Source of the DNA: an uncultured Candidatus Rokubacteria bacterium
Lineage (GTDB): Bacteria; Methylomirabilota; Methylomirabilia; Rokubacteriales; CSP1-6
Reading direction: 5' to 3'
Length of the DNA: 64,000 bases
Assembly: GCA_963754315.1 (NCBI GenBank)
Contig: CAVWFS010000013.1
Location: 96,001 to 160,000, forward strand
Positions 42,204 through 52,496 of this stretch are shown here, piece after piece. Positions within the stretch are counted from its first letter, which is position 1; every line of letters begins with the position of its first letter. A program made the position numbers and the translations under genes. The notes under the pieces are model-generated. The model was given only the letters and a program-made list of their open reading frames with translations. It had not been told where the DNA came from and ran no database searches.

Positions 42204-43928
42204 CTACGTCGTGCGGCCGCCGGGCCCTCGCAGCAGGACACCCGGCAGGTTCCCGGTGGCCGTGCCGTTCTCCAATGTCACCTGGCCGTTGACGACGGTG
42301 GCGACGATGCCTTCCGCCTTCTGGACGAGGCGTCGCGCGCCGCCGGGGAGATCGGTCTCCACCGTCGGCATGGCCGGCCGCACCCGCTTCTCGTCGAACA
42401 GCACGAGGTCCGCGCGGTAACCGGCGCGCACGAGGCCGCGATCGTTGAGCTCCCACGCAGAGGCATTGTCGAAGCTCAGCTTGCGCACGGCTTCCTCCAG
42501 GGTGAAGGCCTGCTTTGTGCGCACCCAGTAGTTCAGCAGGTGCGTCTGCAAGGATGAGCCCATCTCCTGGCAGACGTGCGCGCCCGAATCCGAGAACGTG
42601 GCCAATGTGCGCGGGTGTCGCAGCATGCCCAGCACATGGTCGGGATCCTCGTTGACCAGCGGTTGCACGAACACCTGGTTGTCGTCGGCCAGCACCAGAT
42701 CGATCATCGCCTCGACCGGATGGGTTCCGCCCTGGGCGGCCAGCTGGGCCACGGTCGGATCGTCCCAGTCGACACCTCGCATGGCGTAGAGGTTGGCGTA
42801 GTCTGGCCGGCGCGGATCGGTGGTGGCAGCGCCGCCGCCCTGGAACACGTCGTCGCGGGGCTTCATTCCCGCTTCCTCCGCCACCAGCTGACGCCGCGTG
42901 GCCGGGTCGCGCAGGCGCCGTTTCTGCTCGTCCAGGGGAAGCGCGCGGACCTGCCGCCATGTCGGGAGCCCGTCGAAGGGCAGATAGGACTTGAGGGAGA
43001 AGATGGCGTTGATCGACCGCGTGGTCGTCTGCCCCCACATGCGGGCCCCGGCCGTCGCGCACTCGTTCAGGTACTCGAGCTGGTACGTCCAGGGGTTGGG
43101 ATCCTTGCCCTGGCGGCTCGAGATGGTGCCGAACATGACTGGGCGCCCGGACTCCAGGGCGATTCGTTTCAAGCGGGCGAAGAAGGTACGCTGCGCCTGG
43201 CCGCCCGAGGTGTCCGGCCCCACCTGGAAGATCCCGGCGTTCAGATCGGCCATGGCTCCCACCAATCGATCGATCTCCGACCAGTCCGCGATCCGGCTGG
43301 CCACCGGCGTATCGTCCGGCGTGACATGGGTCGGCGAGCGCGAGCTCGAGAAGCCCATGGCCCCCGCGCGCAGAGCTTCCTGCACGGCCGCCGCCATGCG
43401 GGTCAGATCATTCTCGGTCGCCACTTCGGTGAGAGCCCGCTCGCCCATCACGTACATGCGCAAGGCGGAGTGGCCGATGTAGGCACCGTAGTTGATGGCC
43501 TTGGGCAGCCGGTCGACCGTGGCCAGGTACTCCGGGAAGCTCTCCCACGTCCAGTCGATCCCGGCCAGCATCGCTTCGGTGGGAATGTCCTCCACGGCGG
43601 TCAAGCAGCGCGCGAACCATTCGCGCGCCGCGGGTCGGCACGGGGCCAGCGCAAACCCACAGTTACCCATGATCACGCTGGTCACGCCGTGCCAGCAGGA
43701 GCAGCTTCCCAGCCGGTCCCACGAGACTTGAGCATCCATGTGGGTGTGGCCATCGATGAAGCCCGGCGCGACGATCAGGCCGTCGGCGTCGAGGGTGCGC
43801 TGGGCCATCGATCGAATGCGTCCGATCTCGACAATCCAGCCGTCCTTGATCCCGACATCCCCTCGATAGCGCGCGGCGCCCGAGCCGTCGACGATCGTCC
43901 CGTGGCGAATCACCAGATCAAGACCCAT
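42204..43928 (-). CDS. N-acyl-D-amino-acid deacylase family amidohydrolase
   Basis: DLVIRHGTIVDGSG, PGFIDGHTHMD, GNCG, SDSGAH, ADLVLFD. Confidence 0.92.
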   Translation of the reverse strand: MGLDLVIRHGTIVDGSGAARYRGDVGIKDGWIVEIGRIRSMAQRTLDADGLIVAPGFIDGHTHMDAQVSWDRLGSCSCWHGVTSVIMGNCGFALAPCRPAAREWFARCLTAVEDIPTEAMLAGIDWTWESFPEYLATVDRLPKAINYGAYIGHSALRMYVMGERALTEVATENDLTRMAAAVQEALRAGAMGFSSSRSPTHVTPDDTPVASRIADWSEIDRLVGAMADLNAGIFQVGPDTSGGQAQRTFFARLKRIALESGRPVMFGTISSRQGKDPNPWTYQLEYLNECATAGARMWGQTTTRSINAIFSLKSYLPFDGLPTWRQVRALPLDEQKRRLRDPATRRQLVAEEAGMKPRDDVFQGGGAATTDPRRPDYANLYAMRGVDWDDPTVAQLAAQGGTHPVEAMIDLVLADDNQVFVQPLVNEDPDHVLGMLRHPRTLATFSDSGAHVCQEMGSSLQTHLLNYWVRTKQAFTLEEAVRKLSFDNASAWELNDRGLVRAGYRADLVLFDEKRVRPAMPTVETDLPGGARRLVQKAEGIVATVVNGQVTLENGTATGNLPGVLLRGPGGRTT

Positions 43929-43939
43929 ATGGCGTCCTC

Positions 43940-45166
43940 TCAGCGGATGATCGGGCCGGTTCCGGGCCCGTCGCTCTTCATCGGCGGCAACACATCGCGA
44001 GGATCGAGGCCGAGCTCGAGCAGGCCCAGGCTGGCCAGGCAAAAGTCGGGTGGGGGAAATTGCACGGGCGCGACCGCACCGTCGCGAAACAGCAATTCCA
44101 GCGGCGAAGTCTTGAACAGCGCATGAGCGCCGCCGAGGGTCATGGCCGTGCGGGTGATCCGGGTCACTGCTTCCCCCACGTAATACTTGGCGCGGTAGAA
44201 CGCGGACAAGGTCGCGGGGGTCGGCCCCTCGGTGTCGCTCAGCCAGGCCGAGTGATAGGTCAGCAGACGGGCCGCTTCCAGATCCACGCTCATCTCCGCC
44301 ACGTGCCGCCGCACATCGGGATGGTACGCCAGCGACTGCGAGTACCCGGGCGGAGTTCGACCGTGCACGATCTCGCGAATTGCGCGATAGGCGGCCACGG
44401 CGATCCCGAGGTAGACCGCCGTGTACGAGCCCCAGGCCCAGTTGGCCGCCGAGCGGCGAAACGCGACGATGTCGTCGGACCGGACCAGGACATTCTCCTC
44501 CGGTACCCAGCACTCTTCGAGGATCATCGAGTCGCTGCGGGTCGCCCGCATCCCGAGCGTATCCCACACGCGCTCCACCTTGCGCCCGCTCGCCCCGAGA
44601 GGCACGAGAAGCAAAATGCCCGCGGTGGGGGACGTCGAATCGTCGGGATAGGCCAGGACGGCGGTATAGTCGGCCGCCTCCAGCATGGAGGCAAAAGCCT
44701 TGCGGCCGCTGATCCGATATCCACCGTCGGCCTGCCGAGCGCGCGTCAGCGGCACGGGCGTACCCACCAGGCCGGACGTCGTGGGCTCCGAGAAGTTGCC
44801 GGCGATGAGCTTGCCCTCGTGCACCACCATCTTGGCCAGTCGCGCCTTGGTGCCGACCGCCACCAGGGGACTCTCCATGATCGGCCCCACCATCGAGAAG
44901 TGCATGTTGAAGGCAAGGGCCGTCGAGGGACAGCCCTGGGCCAACTCTTCCGCGACGAGCGAGTAGCCAAGCAAGCCCACTCCGTCGCCCCCCAGCTCGG
45001 CGGGCACGTTCAGGCCGTAGAATCCCGCCTCGCGCAGGACGGCGTAGTTTTCCATCGGGTGGCTCGCCTCGCGGTCGTGCCGGGTCGCACGCGTGGCGAA
45101 GTCGCGAGCCAAGGTTCGCGCGCGTTCCTGGAGCCCGCGCTGTTCCTCGGTGACGCGAAAGTCCAT
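43940..45166 (-). CDS. Acyl-CoA dehydrogenase family flavoprotein
   Basis: VPAELGG, STALAFNMH, FSEP, GRKAFAS, WDTLGMRATRS, LELLFRD. Confidence 0.9.
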   Translation of the reverse strand: MDFRVTEEQRGLQERARTLARDFATRATRHDREASHPMENYAVLREAGFYGLNVPAELGGDGVGLLGYSLVAEELAQGCPSTALAFNMHFSMVGPIMESPLVAVGTKARLAKMVVHEGKLIAGNFSEPTTSGLVGTPVPLTRARQADGGYRISGRKAFASMLEAADYTAVLAYPDDSTSPTAGILLLVPLGASGRKVERVWDTLGMRATRSDSMILEECWVPEENVLVRSDDIVAFRRSAANWAWGSYTAVYLGIAVAAYRAIREIVHGRTPPGYSQSLAYHPDVRRHVAEMSVDLEAARLLTYHSAWLSDTEGPTPATLSAFYRAKYYVGEAVTRITRTAMTLGGAHALFKTSPLELLFRDGAVAPVQFPPPDFCLASLGLLELGLDPRDVLPPMKSDGPGTGPIIR

Positions 45167-45189
45167 GGGATGGCTCCTCGCCGGGGCCG

Positions 45190-46472
45190 TCAGAGCAACC
45201 CGAGATCCAGAGTGGCCGCGCCCGGGAAGACCGTCTGCAGACGCGCGTTGGAGAAACCGTACATGCGCTGGAAGAGGCCTCCCAGGAGCGCCCGGTAGTC
45301 GGTCAACACGGGCCAGTCGCGGTCCTGATTCAAGGTGCGACGGGTGAGTACGACCTGGTTGCCCGCGATACGACCACCATTCACCGCACCGCCGAGCACC
45401 CAGTAGACGGTGCCGTACCCATGATCGGTCCCACGGGTGCCGTTTTCCCGGAAGGTCCGGCCGAACTCGGACAGGACGATCACCACCGTGTCGGTCCAGT
45501 CCGTTCCCATGTGTTGCGCAAACGCGGCGAGCCCCTGCCCGAGACCGTCCAGACGCTGGGCAAGCTGACCCCGGGCGGCGCCCTGGTCGACGTGCGTGTC
45601 CCAGCCGCCCACGTCGAGGAAGCCGAGATTGAACTTCTCGCGCATGAGCCCGGCCACCCGGCGCGCCACGACGTCGAAGCCGCGCGCGCTGATGGCGTTG
45701 CGGCTGGCGGCACGCATTTCGCCGTCCATACCGCCCGTCAATGTCTCGGTCTGGCGGCTGACCATGCGGCGCAGCTCCAGCCCTTCGCTGATCAGCGGCT
45801 CGAACCGGGTGCCGACGTACATGCTCGCCAGAAGCTTCATCCGTCGATCGTCGATCGGCCCTCGCCCCCGACCCCGAAGCGAGACGTTGGGCACCACGAC
45901 ATCGCCGGCCATCACGGTGGGGAGGCCCTCGGTGAACGAGACCGGCTGGGCGGCCCCGCCGAGGGCAGCGGCCAGTCGGTTCAGGAAACCCGATCCGTAG
46001 GCTCTGTGCCCGCCCGGCGCCAAGGGCAGCCCGCACTCGATGCTGTCCTGCGTCTCGAAGTGGCTGCGTGTCATGTCCTCCGAGCCGGCGAAGGCGACGA
46101 ACGCGAGGTGCCGCTGTTGCCAGAGCGGGTAGAGGCTGTCCTTCAAGACTGGGTGCAAGCCCCAGCTCACCGCATCCCTGGGCTGCGCAAGGGGCAGGGC
46201 TGCGCCGGATTGGCCGGATCGGGCCGCGCCACCGCCAAGGTGGGCCGCGCCTCGTAGTAGAACGGGCTTCCGACCGGGATCACGACGTTGGCCGCGTCGT
46301 AGCCCCCGCGCAGGAACACGAGCAAGAGCTTGGCGCCGTCTGCCGTCGGCGTCGCGTAGGCTCCCGCCCTGATCGGCGGAAGCAGACCTGCCGCGCTCGC
46401 CCCGCCGGCCAGCGCCAACCCGAGCAGAGTGCGCCGTCGCAGAGGCCTCTCGATCCTCACCGCTGCATCCAT
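45190..46472 (-). CDS. DUF1501 domain protein with Tat-like signal (frameshift near 46180)
   Basis: RRRTLL, VFLRGGYD, RSHF, GGWDTH, SEFGRT..ENG..GTDHG. Confidence 0.9.
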
Positions 46473-48026
46473 TCCGGCGACGCCAGCAGCACCATGTTCC
46501 ACTCCTCCTCCGAGGCGCGCGCGAGAGCGGCACGGGTTCGCGCACCGAGGGAGGGCTCGATCGCCTCGTGAAAGAGGCCGTTGTTCAACGTTGGCCGCCT
46601 CGGAGGCGCCGGGCGCTGGGTTTCGTCCGCGGAGTCGACCAGCTTGGCGCGGCCGCTTCCGATCGCGCCGGCAATCTCGAAGCGTGTGATCAACTGACCC
46701 GGGCTCGCCCAGGCCCGTTCCACCAGAGCAAAGCCGTCAGGAGTCAGCCGGCCGTACAGTGGCTGCCCGAGTTGGTTCAGCCAGCCGAACACCGGGCGGT
46801 AGTTGGTGATGACGGTGCCGTCGTAGGCGAGCCGCAGAGAGGACACGAGGAACTGCATCGGATCCTTGAACTTGCCAGCCCCGGCGTCGACGTCGGCCTG
46901 GGCCGCTGGCCAGGACAGGCGACATGAACATCGTCTTCAGGACGGCCGCGATGTTGCCGTCCGTCCGCCGAAACGTGGCGATCATCGCCTCGACCACGGC
47001 TGGCGGCGGATCATCGGCGACGAAGTAGGTGGCGATCTTACCGCTGACGAAGCGCGCGGTCGCGGGATTCCGGCACAGCAAGGTGACCATCTGCCCCACT
47101 TCAGAAAGCCCGCGGCCCTCGATGCGAGAATCAAGCACGACCTTGACCCCGAAGTCGTGGCGCGCCGGATTGAACTCGAACAAGCCCCGACGCACGTGGA
47201 ATGGCTGGAGCGCGCGGGAGAGCGTGGGTGGGTTGGCGGCGGCGATACCAACCCCGGTCAGCACCCGGGCCACTTCCTGCACGTCATCCTGGGAGTAGCG
47301 CGAGCCGCTCGGCCCGCCGCTGACACCGAGCGTGTGCAATTCCATCAGCTCACGTGCGTAGTTCTCGTTCACGCGCCCGACCGTGCTCTGCTTGTTGTCC
47401 AGGTACTCGAGCATGGTCGGCGAAAGCGCCGTGGCCAGCACCAGATCGCGGAACTGTCCGAGCGCGTGCCAGCGCACCACGTGCTCCTCATACTCGGCCA
47501 AGGTCCAGGACACCGTGCCCTTGCCCGCGAAGACGTTGAAGTGGTTCATCCAGAACCACGTCATCTGCTCGCGCAGCTGCGTCGGGGAGTAGAGCGCCCG
47601 CATCAGGTGACGGGTGGCGGTTTCGTCGCGGACGTTCAGCGCCGCCTGACGGTGGGCCGCCCGCGCTTGCTGCTTGTCGTCCTCACTTGGCAGAGCCGCG
47701 ATACGCCGCTGCTCGGCCTCGGCCTGACGCAGCAGCTGCTCGCCGGTGTGCTGGCTGATGCTGAGGGCGGCGATGGCCGTCCCCAGCTCGGGCGGATCCG
47801 CAGGCGGCCCGGTAAGCTGCTCGTCCAGAAAACGCGTGCGTCCAAGCTCACGGTAGCGGACGAGGGTGGCGCTGTTGACCCCGAACGTCACGCGGTTGAG
47901 CCAGCGTATGTCCTCCTCGGTCAGCGGGCCCGTGATGGTTACGGGGGCGGCCGGACGGTCGACTGGTGCGACTGGTGCGGTACAGGCCGTCAGCAGCGCG
48001 CAGAGGACTAACAGCAGCCTCACCAT
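46457..48026 (-). CDS. DUF1800 domain protein, possible lipoprotein (frameshift near 46900)
   Basis: LLTAC lipobox; LNRVTFG, QLREQMTWFWMNHF, NENYARELMELHTLG, DVQEVARVLTG. Confidence 0.9.
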
Positions 48027-48125
48027 GGGGCGATGGTGCGTCTCACCCTCGGGTGTGTCAAGGCCGCGCGGCCGGGGCTCGGCTACAATGCGGGGGAAAT
48101 GACTCCGCATGGAGGAGGATAGCGC

Positions 48126-48455
48126 GTGAGCACACCTGCCCCCGTCCCGTCAGCCAGGGATGAAGTTCGACCGGTGGTTCCGAAGCTCATCGACCTCAGT
48201 GAGTCCGTCCTGTACGGTGACGTGTGGGAGCGTCCGGGCCTGTCGAAGCGTGACCGCAGCCTCATCACGGTGGCGGCGCTCGTCGCTCTGTATCGCGGCG
48301 ACCAGCTCCGCGGCCACATCGAGCGCGCTCTGGCCAACGGAGTGACCCGAGAGGAGATCGGCGAGGTGATTACCCATCTCGCCTTCTATTCCGGCTGGCC
48401 CACCGCGATGACCGCAGCCCGCATCGCGCGAACCGTCTTCGACCAGCCCAAGTAG
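48126..48455 (+). CDS. Carboxymuconolactone decarboxylase family protein
   Basis: YGDVWERPGLSKRDRSLITVAAL, HLAFYSGWP. Confidence 0.92.
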   Translation: MSTPAPVPSARDEVRPVVPKLIDLSESVLYGDVWERPGLSKRDRSLITVAALVALYRGDQLRGHIERALANGVTREEIGEVITHLAFYSGWPTAMTAARIARTVFDQPK

Positions 48456-48464
48456 CCGACCGGT

Positions 48465-48735
48465 TCTCAAGCGCGACGGGTCCCCCGGGGCGCGACGAGC
48501 GCGGGGGGGGGGTCGCCGAGACCCCAGAAGCAAGCGTGTGATCGAGGAGCGCCACGGGTCCCCCGGGGCGCGACGAGCGCGGGGGGGGTTGGGGGGTCGC
48601 CGAGACCCCCCATGTAATCAATCGGGCCAGGGGGCCCTTTCGAGGCCCCAGAAGCGAGCGTGTGATCGAGGAGCGCCACGGGTTTCCCGGGGCGCGACGA
48701 GCGCAGGGGGGCCGGGGGGCCTTCGGGCCCCCCAT
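48465..48735. repeat. Intergenic cluster of REP/BIME-like repeats
   Basis: Three copies of AGCGC(C/G)ACGGGTxxCCCGGGGCGCGACGAGCGC, two of CCCCAGAAGC(A/G)AGCGTGTGATCGAGG, and G/C-run hairpins. Confidence 0.85.
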
Positions 48736-48753
48736 AATAAGGAGGCATTCTTT

Positions 48754-49080
48754 ATGGTGGACGAAGCCGACCCGACGGGAAACCCGATCGGTACCGAGCT
48801 GGTGTTCGAGGACGACAGCGTGCGAGTCTGGCGAATCGATCTCGCCCCGGGCCAGAAGGCGGGGTGGCACACTCATCATCTCGACTACACCTCGATTGTC
48901 ATCGAGGGCGACGTGGTGGAACGCCCAAATGGAGACGGCTCGGTAGACCGGATCGAGGTCACCCCAGGAACAATAATGCGGTGGCACCAGGGGACACTGC
49001 GGCACGCGCTCCAGAACGTGGGAACCAAGCGCTTCCGCAACGTGATCGTCGAGGTCAAGGGTCGCCAAACGGGCGCCTGA
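48754..49080 (+). CDS. Cupin domain protein
   Basis: SD AAGGAGG; LAPGQKAGWHTH, HALQNVG. Confidence 0.88.
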   Translation: MVDEADPTGNPIGTELVFEDDSVRVWRIDLAPGQKAGWHTHHLDYTSIVIEGDVVERPNGDGSVDRIEVTPGTIMRWHQGTLRHALQNVGTKRFRNVIVEVKGRQTGA

Positions 49081-49129
49081 CGCCTCCAGGATGCCGACGA
49101 CGCACAACCGTGCCCGGAAAGGAGCGAGT

Positions 49130-50677
49130 ATGCCGAGCCATCATCGTCAACTCCGAACACTCAGCAGGCGAGCCATCGTGGGCGCCCTCGGATTCGTCAT
49201 CGCCCTGGTGGGCCTCTCCATCACCGAGCCGGTGGCGGCGGCGCCCACCGGTGAGGTGAGGATCGGCCTTGCAGCCGAGCCCAACACGTTCGACCCGCAT
49301 CTGACCGTGGGCCGCAACACGCAGATCTTCATCGTCAACGTCTACGACGGGCTGACCGCCCGCGACGCTCAGGGCACCCTGGTCCCTGCGCTCGCCGAGT
49401 CCTGGAAGCGATTGAATCCAACCACGTGGCAGTTCGTCCTGCGCAAGGGCGTGAAGTTCCACAATGGCGACGACTTCAACGCCGATGCGGTCAAGTTCAC
49501 CCTCGAGAGAGCCATCAACCCGGAGACCAAGGCGACGATCATCTCCGAGCTGAGCACCATCGCCAAGGTCGAGATCGTGGACAACTACACGGTGAACGTG
49601 ATCACCAAGGCGCCTGACTTCCTGTTGCCGGTGCGTCTGGGCGAGCTGTACGGCCTCATGCTCTCCCCGAAGCACACGAACGCGGTGGGCAAGGAAGCCA
49701 TCGCCACCAAACCCAACGGGACCGGGCCCTTCAAGCTAGTCTCGTGGGCGAAGAACGAGCGCTTGGTGCTCGAGGCCAACGAGAATTACTGGCGGGGGGC
49801 GCCCAAGGTCAAGACCATCACCGTCCGGCCGATCCTGGAGGACGCCGCCCGCATCGCCGCGCTCCAGACAGGTGAGGTGGATCTGATCGCGCCGATCCCC
49901 TACGTCCGCATCGAGGAGCTGAAGAAAAACGACAAGCTCGTCATCAAGACGATCGCCGCGCCGCGCATCTTTCACGTGACCATCGATGTACGGAAGCCCC
50001 CCTTCGACAACGTCAAGGTGCGCCAGGCCCTGAACCACGCCGTCGACGTGAACGCGATCTTGAAGTCCCTCTACTTCGGCCACGGGACCAGGCTCGCGAC
50101 GGTCGTCGATAAGGGAGCCCTCGGCTACGATGCGAGCCTCGCCCCCTACCCGTTCGACTTGCGGAAGGCCAAGACCCTGCTGGCGGAAGCGGGGTTCCCG
50201 AACGGCTTCGAGACGGAGTTCGACAGCTTCACGGGCAGCATCGCCGATCACGCCAAGCCGGCCGAGGCGATCGTGGGCTACCTGCAGAAAGCCGGGCTCA
50301 CGATCAAGCACAACGTCTTCGAGTTCTCGTCCTTCGGTCCGCGCCGGGTGAACAATCGCACGGCCCCGCTGTTCATCTACAGTATCGGTAACGCGTACCT
50401 CGAGCCCTCCTGGGTGATTCGCTGGATGACCCAGGGCGGCCTGGGCATGCACTATCGGAACGCCCAGCTCGACGAGATGCTCACCCGGATCGAGGCCACG
50501 GACGACCCCAAGAAACGAGCGGAGCAGTACCGCGACGTGCAGAAGCTGATCAAGGACGACGCGCCCTTCATCTTCCTCTTCCAGGCCGACGCGGTGTTCG
50601 GGATGAGCACCCGGATCGACTACACGCCGCGGCCGGACGAGACCCAGTGGCTATATCCGCTGGGGCTGAAGGGATGA
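49130..50677 (+). CDS. Family 5 ABC substrate-binding protein
   Basis: Signal peptide; PALAESW, LRKGVKFHNG, NGTGPFK, PFDNVKVRQALN. Confidence 0.93.
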   Translation: MPSHHRQLRTLSRRAIVGALGFVIALVGLSITEPVAAAPTGEVRIGLAAEPNTFDPHLTVGRNTQIFIVNVYDGLTARDAQGTLVPALAESWKRLNPTTWQFVLRKGVKFHNGDDFNADAVKFTLERAINPETKATIISELSTIAKVEIVDNYTVNVITKAPDFLLPVRLGELYGLMLSPKHTNAVGKEAIATKPNGTGPFKLVSWAKNERLVLEANENYWRGAPKVKTITVRPILEDAARIAALQTGEVDLIAPIPYVRIEELKKNDKLVIKTIAAPRIFHVTIDVRKPPFDNVKVRQALNHAVDVNAILKSLYFGHGTRLATVVDKGALGYDASLAPYPFDLRKAKTLLAEAGFPNGFETEFDSFTGSIADHAKPAEAIVGYLQKAGLTIKHNVFEFSSFGPRRVNNRTAPLFIYSIGNAYLEPSWVIRWMTQGGLGMHYRNAQLDEMLTRIEATDDPKKRAEQYRDVQKLIKDDAPFIFLFQADAVFGMSTRIDYTPRPDETQWLYPLGLKG

Positions 50678-50678
50678 G

Positions 50679-51596
50679 GTGCGCGCCTACATCGTCGGCC
50701 GGCTGGCCACCGCGATTCTCGTCATCCTCGGGGTGTCGATCGTCTCCTTCTTCTTGACGTTCCTGACCGGGGATCCGGCGGAGATCATGCTGCCGCCGGG
50801 CGCGACCGCGGCCCAGATCGCGCAGTTCCGGGCCGAGTGGGGCTTCGACGATCCGTTGCCCGTCCAGTACTGGCGGTTTCTGAAACGGGCGGTGCACGGT
50901 GACTTCGGGATCTCCCTGCGCCATGGACAGTCCTCGCTGCCGTTGATCGCGGCCCGGCTGCCCGCCACCTTGCAGCTCACCTTGACCGCGATGGTGCTCG
51001 CCATCGTCCTCGCGCTGCCGCTGGGCGTGCTCGCGGCGACCCATCGCGGCCGTCCGATCGACTTGCTGGCCATGGGGGTGGCACTGTTCGGCCAATCCGT
51101 CCCCAACTTCTGGCTGGCCATCATGATGATCCTGCTCTTCGCGGTGTCCTGGGGATTGCTGCCGACCTCCGGACGCGGCGGCATCGCCCACGTGGTGATG
51201 CCGGCGGTGGCCATCGCAATCAATCTGATGGCGCTCCTGACTCGCCTGGTCCGCTCGACCATGATCGAGTTGCTCAGCGAGGATTACATCCGCACCGCCC
51301 GCGCGAAGGGGCTGCGCGAATTGTTCGTGACGACCGGCCATGCGCTCCCCAACGCGCTGATCCCGCTGGTGACAGTGATCGGGTTGCAGTTCGGCTATAT
51401 CCTCGGAGGGGCAGTGGTGATCGAGACGGTCTTTACCTGGCCCGGAGTCGGGCTGTTCACGATCCAGGCGATCCTCAACCGTGACTACCCGGTCGTACAG
51501 GCCTCGGTGTTCATCCTGGCCACGGCGGTGGTGCTGATCAACCTGATCGTGGACCTGCTGTACGTCTGGCTGGATCCGCGTATTCGGGTGGCGTAG
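50679..51596 (+). CDS. ABC permease (DppB/NikB-like)
   Basis: GDPA, GDFGIS, DYIRTARAKG, ETVFTWPG. Confidence 0.93.
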   Translation: MRAYIVGRLATAILVILGVSIVSFFLTFLTGDPAEIMLPPGATAAQIAQFRAEWGFDDPLPVQYWRFLKRAVHGDFGISLRHGQSSLPLIAARLPATLQLTLTAMVLAIVLALPLGVLAATHRGRPIDLLAMGVALFGQSVPNFWLAIMMILLFAVSWGLLPTSGRGGIAHVVMPAVAIAINLMALLTRLVRSTMIELLSEDYIRTARAKGLRELFVTTGHALPNALIPLVTVIGLQFGYILGGAVVIETVFTWPGVGLFTIQAILNRDYPVVQASVFILATAVVLINLIVDLLYVWLDPRIRVA

Positions 51597-51599
51597 GTA

Positions 51600-52468
51600 T
51601 CCCTCCCTCGCCGCCCCCCTCTCCGCTCCGGCTGGCTCGGCGCAGCCCGCTGGCCGGCCTGGGCGCGCTGATCGTCGGCATGGTCATCGTGGCGGCGCTG
51701 GGGGCACCGCTGCTGGCCACCACCGATCCCATCGAGCAAGACCTGACCGTCGTGCTGAAGCCACCGTTCTGGCAGGAGGAGGGTTCGCTCCAGCATCCGC
51801 TCGGCACCGACCATCTGGGACGAGACGTGTACTCGCGCCTCGTGTATGGCGCCCGCATCTCGCTCAGCATCAGCGTGCTGGCCGCGCTGCTCGGCGCGGT
51901 GGTCGGAGTGGCAGCGGGGCTCGTGGCCGGGTTCCGGGGAGGGCGGGTCGACGCTGTCATCATGCGTCTGGTCGACCTGAACCTGGCCTTCCCGCTGATC
52001 CTGCTCGCGCTGGCCGTGGTGGCGCTTCTTGGCGCCAACCTGCGCAACCTGGTGATCGTGATGGCGCTCACCACCTGGATGATCTATGCGCGGGTGGTGC
52101 GCGGCCTGAGCCTCGGCCTGCGCGAGCGCGAGTTCGTCCAGGCGGCCCGGGCCCTGGGCGCGCACGACACGAGGATCATCGGCCGCCACGTGCTGCCCAA
52201 CGTGCTGGCCCCGGTCATGGTGATCTGGACTTTGGAAGTGGCGCGGGTCATCCTGATGGAGTCGGCCTTGTCCTTTCTCGGCCTCGGAGTGCCACCTCCC
52301 ACACCCACCTGGGGCCGCATGCTCGCCGAGGGGCGCGACTACTTGACGGTAGCCGGCTGGATCGCGATCTTCCCGGGGCTGGCAATCCTGATCACGGTGC
52401 TCGGGATCAACTTCCTCGGCGATGGTCTGCGCGACCTCCTCGATCCGCGCCTGCGCCAGCAAACGTAG
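51600..52468 (+). CDS. ABC permease (DppC-like); start uncertain, frame open upstream of ATG 51680
   Basis: HPLGTDHLGRD, EFVQAARALG, SFLGLG, PTWG. Confidence 0.9.
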
Positions 52469-52496
52469 AGGACGATCCGTGGTATCGATAAGGGCC

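Noticed and set aside
42576..44126. Long antisense ORFs (also 26668-28098, 40542-42035, 61923-63311 and others)
   Set aside because: Expected shadows of high-GC coding strands, with no recognisable motifs.
48465..48735. CRISPR array
   Set aside because: Only three units, uneven spacing, the intervening sequences are themselves repeated, and no cas genes are present.
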